Virus record (IMG/VR): IMGVR_UViG_3300044728_000136
Source: a virus
Direction: 5' to 3' (one strand)
Length of the DNA: 64,000 nt
Shown here: positions 41,968 to 51,146 of the stretch, one piece after another
Layout: the number at the start of each line of letters is the position of its first letter
How positions within the stretch are numbered: the stretch's first letter is position 1
The notes under the pieces: generated by a model
Told to the model about the DNA's origin: nothing
The model's database searches: none
Seen by the model: the letters and a program-made list of their open reading frames with translations, nothing else
Made by a program: the position numbers and the translations under genes

Positions 41968-42504
41968 AAAAACGTTTTGATGGTGCCACCCCTTCAGGTC
42001 CAGCAATTACGGGTGGAAGGACGCCATAGGATATTTCGCCCCCTGTATCGGTGGTCTAGGATGCTTCTTGTCGGCAAGAACCATTAAGGGAGCCACCCTA
42101 CCCTATGGCGCTGGTATTTGAGCACACCATCAAAAAAGCGGGGAGGTACGAGGTATGATCACTCCCTCGTACCTGCTCAGCACCACCGTCGTGGTGTCCC
42201 CTCTGAGCATTTCCGGTTTGCACGCGACTCGTTATGGTCATTGCTTCGGCGTGGTCCACATGACATGCTGGGTGTTTTCAGCCGTGCTAAGGGATTCGGT
42301 GTCCGTGGTCAGACACAACCGGAACCTACTGTTATGCGTTACTCGCGTGCCCTTACGCTTTCAACTTCAAAAACTCTTTGATACAGGCCGCACACGTTAC
42401 TCTATCAAAGGGCGGTTCACTCACCCACCGATGACCTTCCGGCCACTCATTAGGTGTGCCTTCCATGCCACACAACGTACGACCATATCTCAGGATATGA
42501 ACAG
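41968..42504. ncRNA. candidate large structured RNA or regulatory region (~540 bp, no minus-strand ORF of 60 aa or more)
   Basis: Nested helices: 42022..42030/42102..42110 (9 bp) enclosing 42050..42054/42093..42097 and 42065..42070/42075..42080. Also a 10-bp hairpin 42144..42153/42165..42174; a compound hairpin 42175..42208; a long-range 8-bp pair 42220..42227/42343..42350; and an 8-bp hairpin 42376..42383/42403..42410. Confidence 0.3.
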
Positions 42505-42813
42505 TCATTCGTCTAAGTCTTCAGGCTGTTCTAACGCGACACGTCGATCTTCTTCCGTCCAGCCCGGTTTCTTGTTCAACTGCTCTTGCTGTTCGATAGT
42601 GGCTGGGGATCGTCCTGAACGACCATACCACTCTTCTCGCTGAGTGACACAAGAATTCCAGATCGCCAGACACGACAGGAGGTAATGCGCCAATATGAAG
42701 TCGGGCGTATTGCTGCCGTTCTCCTGACTGTATCTGTTGATGATATCTTCCAATGCCTGTTCGAACGTAACTGGTTCTTTGATTGGTCCCGGCTTACTTG
42801 GATCGTAATCCAT
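42505..42813 (-). CDS. hypothetical protein
   Basis: ORF track, 102 aa. Confidence 0.45.
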   Translation of the reverse strand: MDYDPSKPGPIKEPVTFEQALEDIINRYSQENGSNTPDFILAHYLLSCLAIWNSCVTQREEWYGRSGRSPATIEQQEQLNKKPGWTEEDRRVALEQPEDLDE

Positions 42814-42816
42814 ATC

Positions 42817-43050
42817 TCAGTACCAAATGAAGGTCGTTTCCGTCCAGTTTACTTCCTTGCCACCTGAACACAGCGCCATGAGGTACTGGGCGTAGGCATG
42901 GGCTTCTGCGGACTTGAGCAACATGAATCGAAGACCTTCCCCCTCATGCCACTCCACACTGGTCAGATGAAACTGTCGTGTGTGTTCTGGTTGCGCTTGA
43001 CCGGGGATGATACCTGCTCGGACTTCCCATGAGGCTTTCAACTGTGGCAT
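42817..43050 (-). CDS. hypothetical protein (77 aa)
   Basis: Trimmed to ATG 43050 (TAATG coupling). Confidence 0.4.
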   Translation of the reverse strand: MPQLKASWEVRAGIIPGQAQPEHTRQFHLTSVEWHEGEGLRFMLLKSAEAHAYAQYLMALCSGGKEVNWTETTFIWY

Positions 43051-45704
43051 TACGCTCCTACTCCCCCATTCCACCGGAGCCAATCCAACAAGTACTTGGT
43101 GTGCGTGGGTGACGCCTGCACCGATGGAGGAATGAACTGCTGAATGATCTGTTCGTCGGTCGCGTCCCTGAATCCCCACATATCGGGGAAGCCGAGATAG
43201 TTATGTGCGCCCCAGCCATATTTCAGTGAAGGGGCTGGCGTACCCTTGGAGAAATCTTCTAACGTCGCCCAATCCTGTAAGCGCCACCAGAGGTACGCCC
43301 CGAAATAGGCTGCGTCGTCACTCGTAGGAATAGGGTCCGTGGGGCGTCCCACACGGAGCCTGCACAGCCCATGCTCCCCCACACCAGCCGTCCACAGGCC
43401 CCCCTTGGGATCGACAGCCACGAGCCATGGATAATGGGGGCCGTCTGTGTGGTCCCGTGGTCCCCAGCCATTGGGGTGTCTGATGTCATCGTGACCAAAG
43501 ACCCATTTCGGATCCCCACCTTGTGGGGGAATCCATGCGAATTGTTCGTTGAAGCGAATTTCGCCTAGCTCACCATCCGCAAACGAGCCCGTGACCGAAC
43601 ACCAATACATCCCGTCCTTCGGGCCAGTGTGACCCCAACGATCTACATCCATCCATTGCCATGAGCGATTGTTCGGGGCAAATTTGGTGACGATGATGTT
43701 CTGCCCGCCCGCCCACTCCACGAAAGAGGCAAGGAGGTTCGCTTGGCCTGTGGGTCTGCCATCCTGCATGTGCAGACGACGGATGGAGCCATAGCCCATG
43801 TCCAATACGATAAGGTTGCCCTGTGAGTCCACACGAAGCGTGTAGGGCACATACAGGTCAGGGTTACCACCCGGGAGGGTGACAAAGTTGCTCAGCTTCC
43901 GATTCTCCATCCGGTTGTAGGAGTTGTGCTGCTCGTCGTACATGGCCTCCATTCGCATGTCTGTGGCTCCGGCTTGAGCCAGCCGTGCCGACATACCGGG
44001 GTGACCGAGCAAGGTGGTCACCACCCCATCACGAGTCACCTTGCGAATGCAGTGGTTATCCTGATCGGCCACATAGAGCGCATCACTGAGGGGATCAAAG
44101 ACCAGTGAGCCCGGGCCTTTGAATCGCGCTTCTATGCCGGTCCCATCGGCATAGCCCCATGTGTGTGCGGGATCACCCGCGAACACAGACACAGTGGCAT
44201 GCCAGTGGATGCGATCTTCGATGGACACCTTCCAAATGCAATGGTCATGGAAGCCCACCACGTACCAGATATTTTCATCCTTGGGGTCAATGGCGACATC
44301 AAGGGGCAGTCGAAAACCACTTTGGTTCTCATACTGGCCGGAGAGCCAGTGGCCCCGAAGCTCCATGTTCTGCTTGATGGTCTGCCATGGCTTGAGAATC
44401 CAGATGGGATCCTTATCAGGATGCACACGCCATCCGGCAATCGTGGTGAGATGCCCATCTGCTGCCATGTACCGCAATGGCCCGCCCGCTTCGACAAAGG
44501 CAAAGCCACCCTTCGAATCAATCTGGCCTGTCACATAGGAACTGCACCAGCCGACACCACGAGGACCATCTTTGAAGGGGAAATGACGTTGACCACCCCA
44601 ACCAAAGGCGGTACCCGGGCTGGCTCCATTGCCTGTGTTGTCATACAGTCCACGCGCATCCTCACCTCCAAATTTCGGAGGGAGGCACCGCACAAATTTC
44701 ATCTTTTCAGACGGTGACCCATCAGGCTCCTGCCACCACATGGGATGGGCCATAAACAGGTTGGAATGCGGAGCCATTTCATCGTTGTAAAGCCCGACCT
44801 GATCAAACGGTGGAAGGTTCGGTGCCCATGCGCCACTCGTGGGATTGATAGGATAGCCTACGAACCGGCGATCCGCCACGTTGACGTACGTAGCTCCCGG
44901 TCCCATACGAGCACTGTTGACCGCTGAATTGCGATTGCGGCCATTGTTGGATTCGGTGCCATCATCATCACGCGCAATGCACGGCACCGTAGAATTCGGG
45001 GTGGAGCCATGCACATGGATATGCACATAGCACGGATTCGGTTGAAACATCATGTCCTTGGGCATGACGTCCAGACTGAGATCGTGAATCCCTGTGGTCA
45101 ATCCTGCGGCGTGGATCTGCTCATACGTCAGGGTGACTGATGCCGCCTCGGGGATCGTGGTCCACTCGGTGAGGGGGATACCACGAAGCACGTAGCGCAC
45201 CTGATACCCGGGTGGCAAATCCGCCAGTGCAATATTCAGTCGATTGGGAATCTCAGTGTGCTCCGACCATGCCAGCAATTGCAGGGTGACAGAATCCCCC
45301 GGCATATGCATGTGGACCCAGAACGGATCCGTATTTTCGTTGTTGTTCGTGGCTCCCTCGGCCTTGATGGGTTCCAACACATACGTGGCATAAAAAGAGG
45401 GCCACGATGCGATCTCCACGGGGGGTTCGATGGGTGGCTCTATGGGTGGCTCGATGGGTGGCTCGATGATGACTGAGGCTTCTACGGTAATCGTGGAGGA
45501 CGCAGCGAGGTTCCCACGGCGAGCAATCACCGTGGCACGTCCCACTGCTAAGCCTTTGGCTAGTCCATCACCACTCACCGACAGCACACGGACATTCGAA
45601 CACGACCACTTCACCCCACCACTGGGTTCTGCAATCAATTGCACCATGTCCCCAACGTGAATGTCCGCTGTGATGGGTGACACGATCAATGTGGGTTCGG
45701 CCAT
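43050..45704 (-). CDS. large Big_2 (Ig-like) - (EPPI)n linker - NHL-repeat/beta-propeller-like protein
   Basis: The N-terminal VSPITADIHVGDMVQLIAEP..VSGDGLAKGLAVGRATV resembles Big_2. EPPIEPPIEPPIEPPV forms the linker. ALYVADQDNHCIRKVTRDG and GNLIVLDMGYGSIRRL are NHL-like. Confidence 0.65.
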   Translation of the reverse strand: MAEPTLIVSPITADIHVGDMVQLIAEPSGGVKWSCSNVRVLSVSGDGLAKGLAVGRATVIARRGNLAASSTITVEASVIIEPPIEPPIEPPIEPPVEIASWPSFYATYVLEPIKAEGATNNNENTDPFWVHMHMPGDSVTLQLLAWSEHTEIPNRLNIALADLPPGYQVRYVLRGIPLTEWTTIPEAASVTLTYEQIHAAGLTTGIHDLSLDVMPKDMMFQPNPCYVHIHVHGSTPNSTVPCIARDDDGTESNNGRNRNSAVNSARMGPGATYVNVADRRFVGYPINPTSGAWAPNLPPFDQVGLYNDEMAPHSNLFMAHPMWWQEPDGSPSEKMKFVRCLPPKFGGEDARGLYDNTGNGASPGTAFGWGGQRHFPFKDGPRGVGWCSSYVTGQIDSKGGFAFVEAGGPLRYMAADGHLTTIAGWRVHPDKDPIWILKPWQTIKQNMELRGHWLSGQYENQSGFRLPLDVAIDPKDENIWYVVGFHDHCIWKVSIEDRIHWHATVSVFAGDPAHTWGYADGTGIEARFKGPGSLVFDPLSDALYVADQDNHCIRKVTRDGVVTTLLGHPGMSARLAQAGATDMRMEAMYDEQHNSYNRMENRKLSNFVTLPGGNPDLYVPYTLRVDSQGNLIVLDMGYGSIRRLHMQDGRPTGQANLLASFVEWAGGQNIIVTKFAPNNRSWQWMDVDRWGHTGPKDGMYWCSVTGSFADGELGEIRFNEQFAWIPPQGGDPKWVFGHDDIRHPNGWGPRDHTDGPHYPWLVAVDPKGGLWTAGVGEHGLCRLRVGRPTDPIPTSDDAAYFGAYLWWRLQDWATLEDFSKGTPAPSLKYGWGAHNYLGFPDMWGFRDATDEQIIQQFIPPSVQASPTHTKYLLDWLRWNGGVGA
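45428..45463 (-). repeat. 12-bp tandem repeat x3 encoding (EPPI)n
   Basis: tcgatgggtggc / tctatgggtggc / tcgatgggtggc. Confidence 0.7.
45630..45643. repeat. 14-bp quasi-palindrome copy (perfect)
   Basis: Inside CDS 43050..45704 (codes VQLIA). Confidence 0.8.
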
Positions 45705-45726
45705 ACGATCTCCGGCACTATCTTAC

Positions 45727-45854
45727 AGGACTGACGGTCAGAAGGCTCAGATATTTTTTGGCGTCTGTGAAATCCCACCGGAAGGGGAAACGCTTCAGCC
45801 TTCTGTATTACCTCTCGGAACGGCTAGGCGAGCGACCTTCCTACCGTCAGTCCT
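45727..45854 (-). other. long-range stem structure in the leader of 43050..45704
   Basis: A 12-bp pairing AGGACTGACGGT (45727..45738) / ACCGTCAGTCCT (45843..45854) directly stacks on a 9-bp pairing 45739..45747 / 45797..45805. Confidence 0.35.
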
Positions 45855-46056
45855 TCCGTGGCCACACTGGATCGTGGCGCAAATGCTGAATGTTCTGCAC
45901 TTCTTGAGGGAAGTCATCGAGCTTCGCGGCGATAGCCTGCTTACTGATGAGTGAGGTTTTGATGCCTGCTCGATTGGACACGAGCACTTCATCACCATAC
46001 TCCCCCACCACGTAGACTCTCTCATTACTGTGGAGACGGTACCAGCCTGCTTCCAT
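45847..46056 (-). CDS. hypothetical protein
   Basis: ORF track, 69 aa. Confidence 0.45.
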   Translation of the reverse strand: MEAGWYRLHSNERVYVVGEYGDEVLVSNRAGIKTSLISKQAIAAKLDDFPQEVQNIQHLRHDPVWPRKD

Positions 46057-46187
46057 TAGTCTTTGGCCTTGGTAAACAGTTCGTAATAGCGGTCGTACGT
46101 CTCGCGGTATCGGCTATACCATTCGACACTGTAATACGCGCCGAAGATCACCACAGCCGCAATCACACTCGCCAGTGTATCGTTCAT
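46056..46187 (-). CDS. small membrane ORF (43 aa)
   Basis: Own translation: MNDTLASVIAAVVIFGAYYSVEWYSRYRETYDRYYELFTKAKD. Coupled at both ends (ATGA, TAATG). Confidence 0.35.
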   Translation of the reverse strand: MNDTLASVIAAVVIFGAYYSVEWYSRYRETYDRYYELFTKAKD

Positions 46188-46591
46188 GAAGGGAACACAG
46201 ATTTCTTGGAGCCTTGTCGCAATTCACGAAACTCTAAGAGGGCGGCTCCTGCGGCATCCTCGGAGAGCCCCAGCTTCTGGCTGAGGAATTGGAAAATCAG
46301 GGTATCACTGATGGCGGCTTCAATGGCCTGCGAGAGCATCCCATGAATCTCTCGGGCCTTGGTCACATCCATCTGGGTCTTCTCGCGATTGAGCGTCATC
46401 TCCACCACACCTTGCTTGGTACGGTGGCTGAGGATGGTAGCGAATTCAACAGAATCGTACCCATCCTCCTTGGGAGCCATGAGGCGCGTCAGTTCCTTGC
46501 GTGCAGAGGCAACCACTGCGGCCCGCCCGGGTTGGGAAGGTCGCAATGATTGCTCCACGTCTTTCAGCATGTCATCCAGCGACGGCATCAC
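46184..46591 (-). CDS. hypothetical protein
   Basis: ORF track, 135 aa. Confidence 0.5.
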   Translation of the reverse strand: MMPSLDDMLKDVEQSLRPSQPGRAAVVASARKELTRLMAPKEDGYDSVEFATILSHRTKQGVVEMTLNREKTQMDVTKAREIHGMLSQAIEAAISDTLIFQFLSQKLGLSEDAAGAALLEFRELRQGSKKSVFPS

Positions 46592-47394
46592 GCCTCGACT
46601 GGGGTGACCGTGATATCGAAGTGCGGAAACTTCTCCGCAATGCGCTTCAGGAGGGGTTCGAACCCCGTGGCATCGATCACGGCGTCGAGGTCGAACGGCT
46701 TGTTCACGTCCGTGGTGCCACCCACGTATCCCGAACAGATGTTCTCCAACGCTACCGTGTCGAATTCTGTGTGAAGCTCACCCTTGGCCTTCGACATGGC
46801 TTGCGTGACGATCTCGGCCTGATCGGGCTTCAGCTTGAACACCATCTTGACCACTTCATCGGTGGTCTTCGCGGTCTTCTCGCCGCCTTCGGTGGGCTGC
46901 TCGGCCTTGATGACCGCAATCAGTTCGATCACCGACAGCTTCTCGGCCTTCTCGACCCACGAGTCCACGGTGTCGAGGGTGATGACTGGGGCAAGCTCCT
47001 TGATCTTCGTCCAGCCCAGATGGCTCAGCTTGTCCCACGGAATCATCTTGGTGACAAGGTTATCGTAGATGGAGATGAGGTAGCGTGCCTTGCGGCCCTT
47101 CATCTTGTACTTTTCGAACACGAAGTCATCGAACGCGGCAAAGCCTTCGAACCACGAATTGTCATTGATGAGCTTGAGAATCCCGCCCATCTTGAAGTAG
47201 TTCGTATCGATGTTGTCGGCCAGACGCTCGGCCTCGTTCAGGGCCTTCGTCTTCGTCAGGCTCTCGACTTCGTGTGCGATGTCGAGGATGAGATTTCCCG
47301 TCTTCTCGACCTTCTTCTTCCCGATCACGGCGGTTTCGGGTTTCGTCTCGGTGACGACCGCGCCTTCAGCCGTTGGTGTTTCCACTGGTGCCAT
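46588..47394 (-). CDS. hypothetical protein, possibly DNA-binding
   Basis: ORF track, 268 aa. FKMGGILKLINDN..FEKYKMKGRKARYLISIY loosely resembles ParB/KorB-type HTH regions. Confidence 0.5.
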   Translation of the reverse strand: MAPVETPTAEGAVVTETKPETAVIGKKKVEKTGNLILDIAHEVESLTKTKALNEAERLADNIDTNYFKMGGILKLINDNSWFEGFAAFDDFVFEKYKMKGRKARYLISIYDNLVTKMIPWDKLSHLGWTKIKELAPVITLDTVDSWVEKAEKLSVIELIAVIKAEQPTEGGEKTAKTTDEVVKMVFKLKPDQAEIVTQAMSKAKGELHTEFDTVALENICSGYVGGTTDVNKPFDLDAVIDATGFEPLLKRIAEKFPHFDITVTPVEA

Positions 47395-47419
47395 GCAATC
47401 CCTCGCTTTCAGTCTCTAC

Positions 47420-47449
47420 AGTGTGCCACATGAGGCACAGATTTGTCAA
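47420..47449 (-). promoter_or_regulatory. sigma70-type promoter TTGACA-18-CACACT
   Basis: -35 at 47449..47444, -10 at 47425..47420. The spacer holds the GTGCC..GGCAC palindrome. Confidence 0.4.
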
Positions 47450-47456
47450 ATGTTTT

Positions 47457-48173
47457 CTACGCGGTCACGGCTTCGGGCTCGGCCTTGGCCTTCTTGACCT
47501 TGGTCTTCTTCGGGGCGTCGGCGTCAAAGGCCACGCCCGGGTGCGCCTGCTGCATACGGGCAAACTTGGCGTCCAGAATGGCCTCCGGTGCCTTCCCCGT
47601 CACGTCGAAGCACAGACGCCAGTAGACGTCCACAGCGGCACTCAGGAACGAGCGCATCCCGTCCATTCGCTCGGTGTCCCGCTGGGCCTCGGCCTCGGCA
47701 TCCACCACGTCCACGTCCCGCTCCTCCTTCACGCCACCCTTCTGAGGCATCGTGACCATCTTCTTGACGCTGACCGTCTGGGGAGCCGCGAACAGGCTCT
47801 GCTCGGCCAACTTGAGGAGATCCGTGGCTACGCTGTCCAACTGAAGCAACGCCGCTGATCGCGTGCCCACGAGCTTCGACTTCTTGGTGCTCGATGGCAT
47901 CTTGGTCTTCAGCACACGACCCAACACGGTCAGGTCGTAGCCGATCTCACCGAGATCCCTGAAGGCATCGTCCTTCATCTCCTGCGTCTGCTGTGCGCCC
48001 AACAGATACTGCCCCATGGTCTGAAGCAACTGACCGGTGTGGCTCTTGAGCGCCACCGTGGCCTGTGCGATCTGTGTGCGTGGTGTGCTCTTAGACACCG
48101 TGCGAAGCGCCAACTTCGTAGCCTTGACGCTCAGTGTCTTGGTAACTTGCCGTCGAAATGTTCCGATCTGCAT
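47457..48173 (-). CDS. hypothetical protein (weak MazG-like all-alpha resemblance)
   Basis: Trimmed to ATG 48173 (MQIGTF). FRDLGEIGYDLTVLGRVL. The start is uncertain (alternative 48221). Confidence 0.45.
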   Translation of the reverse strand: MQIGTFRRQVTKTLSVKATKLALRTVSKSTPRTQIAQATVALKSHTGQLLQTMGQYLLGAQQTQEMKDDAFRDLGEIGYDLTVLGRVLKTKMPSSTKKSKLVGTRSAALLQLDSVATDLLKLAEQSLFAAPQTVSVKKMVTMPQKGGVKEERDVDVVDAEAEAQRDTERMDGMRSFLSAAVDVYWRLCFDVTGKAPEAILDAKFARMQQAHPGVAFDADAPKKTKVKKAKAEPEAVTA

Positions 48174-48225
48174 CCTCTTCCCCTTTCCACTCCTTGGACT
48201 TCTCGCCCAATTTTCAAACATGGTC

Positions 48226-48255
48226 AGTCTAGCGTTTTTCAAATCTCATTGTCAA
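48226..48255 (-). promoter_or_regulatory. sigma70-type promoter TTGACA-18-TAGACT
   Basis: -35 at 48255..48250, -10 at 48231..48226. Confidence 0.55.
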
Positions 48256-48267
48256 ATAGAAAATTGC

Positions 48268-48753
48268 TCAAACTGGTGAATTTTCCCAGCCCACTGTCAC
48301 CCCTTTGACAGTGAGGATGTTATGCCACCCTAGCTGAGCCATTTGCGCCAGTGCAAATGCATCCACGATATCGTGCGAAGCACTCGCAAATCCCCAACGT
48401 ATCTTGACCACGGACGCCATTGTGTCTTTATCAGCCTTCCCAGAGCCTGTGGTCCACTTCTTCAGGACCGTGGGAGGCACCTCGACCCATGATACCCCTC
48501 GTTCACGGAGCATCATGCGAATCACGGTGCCCACCTCGACCAAGGTCACGAATGACTGAATATTTTTGCAATATGCGTACCTCTCGATGGCAGCGAAGGA
48601 GGGATTCCACGCATGGAGAAGACTGGCGATATTGTTGGCAATCAATTGCAGACGCAAGAAGCCTCGTTCATTGGGGATTTCCAGTGTCTTACCACGATCC
48701 TCACCATCACCGACAAGGGCTAATCCAGTGCAGGTAGCCGCGTCAATTCCCAT
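48268..48753 (-). CDS. ruvC: RuvC-like Holliday junction resolvase
   Basis: MGIDAATCTGLA (first Asp), AIERYAY (Glu) and SHDIVDAFALA (His/Asp). Start trimmed to ATG 48753. Confidence 0.7.
   Translation of the reverse strand: MGIDAATCTGLALVGDGEDRGKTLEIPNERGFLRLQLIANNIASLLHAWNPSFAAIERYAYCKNIQSFVTLVEVGTVIRMMLRERGVSWVEVPPTVLKKWTTGSGKADKDTMASVVKIRWGFASASHDIVDAFALAQMAQLGWHNILTVKGVTVGWENSPV
48637..48650. repeat. 14-bp quasi-palindrome copy GGCAATCAATTGCA (1 mismatch)
   Basis: Inside the ruvC-like CDS (codes LQLIA). Confidence 0.65.
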
Positions 48754-48761
48754 GGTACGCA

Positions 48762-49250
48762 CTACGCTGTTCCCCACGCTCTACGGTTAGCCGCTTGTTC
48801 TTTCGGGGTTGCCCATCGACAATTCCCCGGTTCATAATTACCATCTTTATTTGGGTAACGATCAATCGACTTACCAGCAGGCCGTTCTCCCATATCAGTC
48901 AAGAAATTTTCAAATTTCTGCCATCTGACACAAACACTTACGCCTCTGCCACCCCAATACTGAAAATTTCTCCAACTTGGATAGCGGCAACGCTTAATCA
49001 TAGACGACCATGAACGGTAGGTCGGGCTACCTGTTTGCCCATGAGTCTTGGGCAGATATGTTTTCGCTGAAGCTGCTGTGCTACACGTCTTACAAGACTT
49101 TGCGTAGCCAGCATTCAACAATCGAGTTGTAACAATACGCTTCTCTCCACAAACACACTGACACAACCATTGAGCACTTCTCGCAGAAACACCAACAAAA
49201 GCCACAACAACTAGCTTATCGAACGTTTTACCGTTCAAATCTGCTCTCAT
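48762..49250 (-). CDS. homing-endonuclease-like protein (HNH/AP2-type phage family)
   Basis: YRSWSSMIKRC..YWGGRGVSVCVRW..FENFLTDMGERP..YEPGNCRWATPKEQAANR. AT-richer than its neighbours by eye. Confidence 0.6.
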   Translation of the reverse strand: MRADLNGKTFDKLVVVAFVGVSARSAQWLCQCVCGEKRIVTTRLLNAGYAKSCKTCSTAASAKTYLPKTHGQTGSPTYRSWSSMIKRCRYPSWRNFQYWGGRGVSVCVRWQKFENFLTDMGERPAGKSIDRYPNKDGNYEPGNCRWATPKEQAANRRAWGTA

Positions 49251-49492
49251 TCTTCCACCGTCGTTGTCACCATGATAGTGGCTGCGCTAAATAACTCACG
49301 AACCGGCTGACCACAGGGGCACCACCAGTGCTCCTGTCCCTCTTGCCGCAAGAACACTTCCCATGCTACTCGGGCGGTTTCGATGTTGTCGGCGCGTTCA
49401 TAGAACGAGCGCCACATGAATTCCACATCCACAAAGCGTAACTGGCGATGTCGCCATCGTCCCCACCATGTGCAGTGCTGCAAGTCTTTCAT
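49247..49492 (-). CDS. hypothetical protein (Trp-rich)
   Basis: ORF track, 81 aa. Confidence 0.45.
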   Translation of the reverse strand: MKDLQHCTWWGRWRHRQLRFVDVEFMWRSFYERADNIETARVAWEVFLRQEGQEHWWCPCGQPVRELFSAATIMVTTTVEE

Positions 49493-50376
49493 GCAGGAAC
49501 CACAGGCTTACCTGCGGGGAACTGGCCTGAAAAACACTTAGCGCACACACTACACTTCTTGGCGATCTTGTCGAGAGCGGTCATGCAGATGCCGTGCGGC
49601 ATGATCTGGTGCTCACGAAATGCCTTGAGTCGTTGCGCCCGAACCAAAAACTCTTGAAGGTCGTCATCGTTACGCTTGACCACAAACTCTTTGAACGGAA
49701 GGATCTCATTCCACTCCGCGTTCATTTTGCCATAGCCTCGACTGACATACAATACCCGAGCTTCAGTAAGATTGATTTTATCGCGATAAGGATGGTGCGA
49801 ATGATCCAAAAGAAACAGATAGAGATTGGTACGAAGCCGGTGCTCCGGCAGGGGAGCCACAATTTCATCGAATTCGTTCGGGGCCATGATCTTGACTTCC
49901 GTCACGATCAATTGCGGAGCACCAATGTTGAACAGCGCATCAATGCCCCCTTGGATGCCATAGTCTGGGGCCTCAACCACCAGTTGAAGATGCTGCCATG
50001 AGTGCTTCTGGGCCGGGGAGCACCAGCCATTGGGCTTGGGCACCATCGTCTTGTGGATGCCACAAAACCGGCAACGCCAATTCCCAATAACCGCATCACC
50101 CGCCCACTCCTCCACGAGCAAACGTTCTGTGGCTGAGCCCAGCGAGTAGGTGACCGCAAGGGCTGTGGACAGCATCTGCGGGGCGGGATCCTTATCCAAC
50201 AAATCAAAGAACGCCCATTTGCGTGGGCAGAAATCACTCTTTGTCACATCAGAGGCATGGAGCGTCTTCATGGACCGGCTAGGCTCCATGCCCCCGAGCG
50301 TCTGCTTCAACGCGCCAATGATGGACTGCTTGGGCTTCTTCGCCTGATGGATCGCGTTACGGAGCCACGACGTCAT
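49489..50376 (-). CDS. Cas4/RecB-like PD-(D/E)XK exonuclease with an Fe-S Cys cluster
   Basis: HASDVTKSDFCPRKW, GGIDALF, IVTEVKI (D..ExK) and C-terminal KKCSVCAKC. Confidence 0.65.
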   Translation of the reverse strand: MTSWLRNAIHQAKKPKQSIIGALKQTLGGMEPSRSMKTLHASDVTKSDFCPRKWAFFDLLDKDPAPQMLSTALAVTYSLGSATERLLVEEWAGDAVIGNWRCRFCGIHKTMVPKPNGWCSPAQKHSWQHLQLVVEAPDYGIQGGIDALFNIGAPQLIVTEVKIMAPNEFDEIVAPLPEHRLRTNLYLFLLDHSHHPYRDKINLTEARVLYVSRGYGKMNAEWNEILPFKEFVVKRNDDDLQEFLVRAQRLKAFREHQIMPHGICMTALDKIAKKCSVCAKCFSGQFPAGKPVVPA

Positions 50377-50591
50377 GAGTCTATCCCGTCAATCCACCAC
50401 ACATGACCACCACCAAGACACCGAAACTTATGGTCTTCATACGCGCCATCATTCGACTCCCATGTTTGCATTTGTACGGGATGTCCACAGGGTAGATTAC
50501 TGAGAGGCACAATATGATGACAACGCTCTGGCACATCTTTCCACTCATCAAATGTGCCTTCACTTTCCTTCATTGGACGGAAGTGAGTCAT
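50373..50591 (-). CDS. hypothetical protein (72 aa)
   Basis: Trimmed to ATG 50591 (GAGGAA + 7 nt). Confidence 0.4.
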   Translation of the reverse strand: MTHFRPMKESEGTFDEWKDVPERCHHIVPLSNLPCGHPVQMQTWESNDGAYEDHKFRCLGGGHVWWIDGIDS

Positions 50592-50946
50592 TCGACAATT
50601 CCTCAAAAACCGCGAGGGGTACCACCACCCACTCCGCATACTGTCGCAAGCGAGGTTTGCCTTGGTTGTCCACGAAGGACAGGACCACTACAGGGTATTG
50701 CCCATGCTCCAAGGCTTCTTGTGTAATCTTCACCAGCCATGCCAGTTCAATCGCCATGGTCTGGGTGGTCGTGCTTTTCATCTCCATCCGAACGCCTGTA
50801 CGACTGGCATCGGACTTGGCTCCTGCCATCGCTCCGGAATTCGGATGGAGACGTGCCTTCATCTGCTTGGCTACGCGGTTTTCGGACTTCTTGCCATGCG
50901 CGTTCTTCCCCGCCTTGGCCAACCGATCAAGGTAGGGATTGCTCAA
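50560..50946 (-). CDS. PD-(D/E)XK nuclease-like protein
   Basis: NSGAMAGAKSDASRTGVRMEMKST fits a D...ExK layout. Confidence 0.45.
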   Translation of the reverse strand: MSNPYLDRLAKAGKNAHGKKSENRVAKQMKARLHPNSGAMAGAKSDASRTGVRMEMKSTTTQTMAIELAWLVKITQEALEHGQYPVVVLSFVDNQGKPRLRQYAEWVVVPLAVFEELSNDSLPSNEGK

Positions 50947-51146
50947 TCAGATTCCCTGATACCACTATCAATAGTGGCCTTACGGGCATCCTCACGAGTT
51001 TTCTGAGCGGGCTTCTCCACCACCACTTCAGGATGCCCAAGAGGATGAGGGCTCTCAGAGGCTTTGGACTCGGACTCGGTGGTTACTTCGTTCGCCGTGT
51101 CAGTCGGGGTGCCGGTCGGGTTCTGTGCGGGTTTCTTCTCGTCCAT
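50943..51146 (-). CDS. hypothetical acidic/Pro-rich protein
   Basis: Trimmed to ATG 51146 (GAGGAG + 7 nt). Confidence 0.35.
   Translation of the reverse strand: MDEKKPAQNPTGTPTDTANEVTTESESKASESPHPLGHPEVVVEKPAQKTREDARKATIDSGIRESD

Noticed and set aside
42022-42110. A possible tRNA gene, given an ~89-nt closed stem structure.
   Set aside because: The inner helices do not fit a cloverleaf. The hairpin has a 4-nt loop where an anticodon loop should be, there is no TTCRA T-loop, and the D-arm does not pair.
42118-42643. Plus-strand ORFs 42118..42381 and 42155..42643 in the 42-kb gap.
   Set aside because: There is no SD or promoter, the amino-acid composition is odd, and the DNA is densely self-complementary. 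I treat the region as non-coding and structured instead.
45428-45463. Short tandem repeats as a CRISPR-like or VNTR array.
   Set aside because: The units are 12 bp, contiguous without spacers, and in frame, coding an (EPPI)n linker. No CRISPR-like repeat-spacer structure was seen anywhere.
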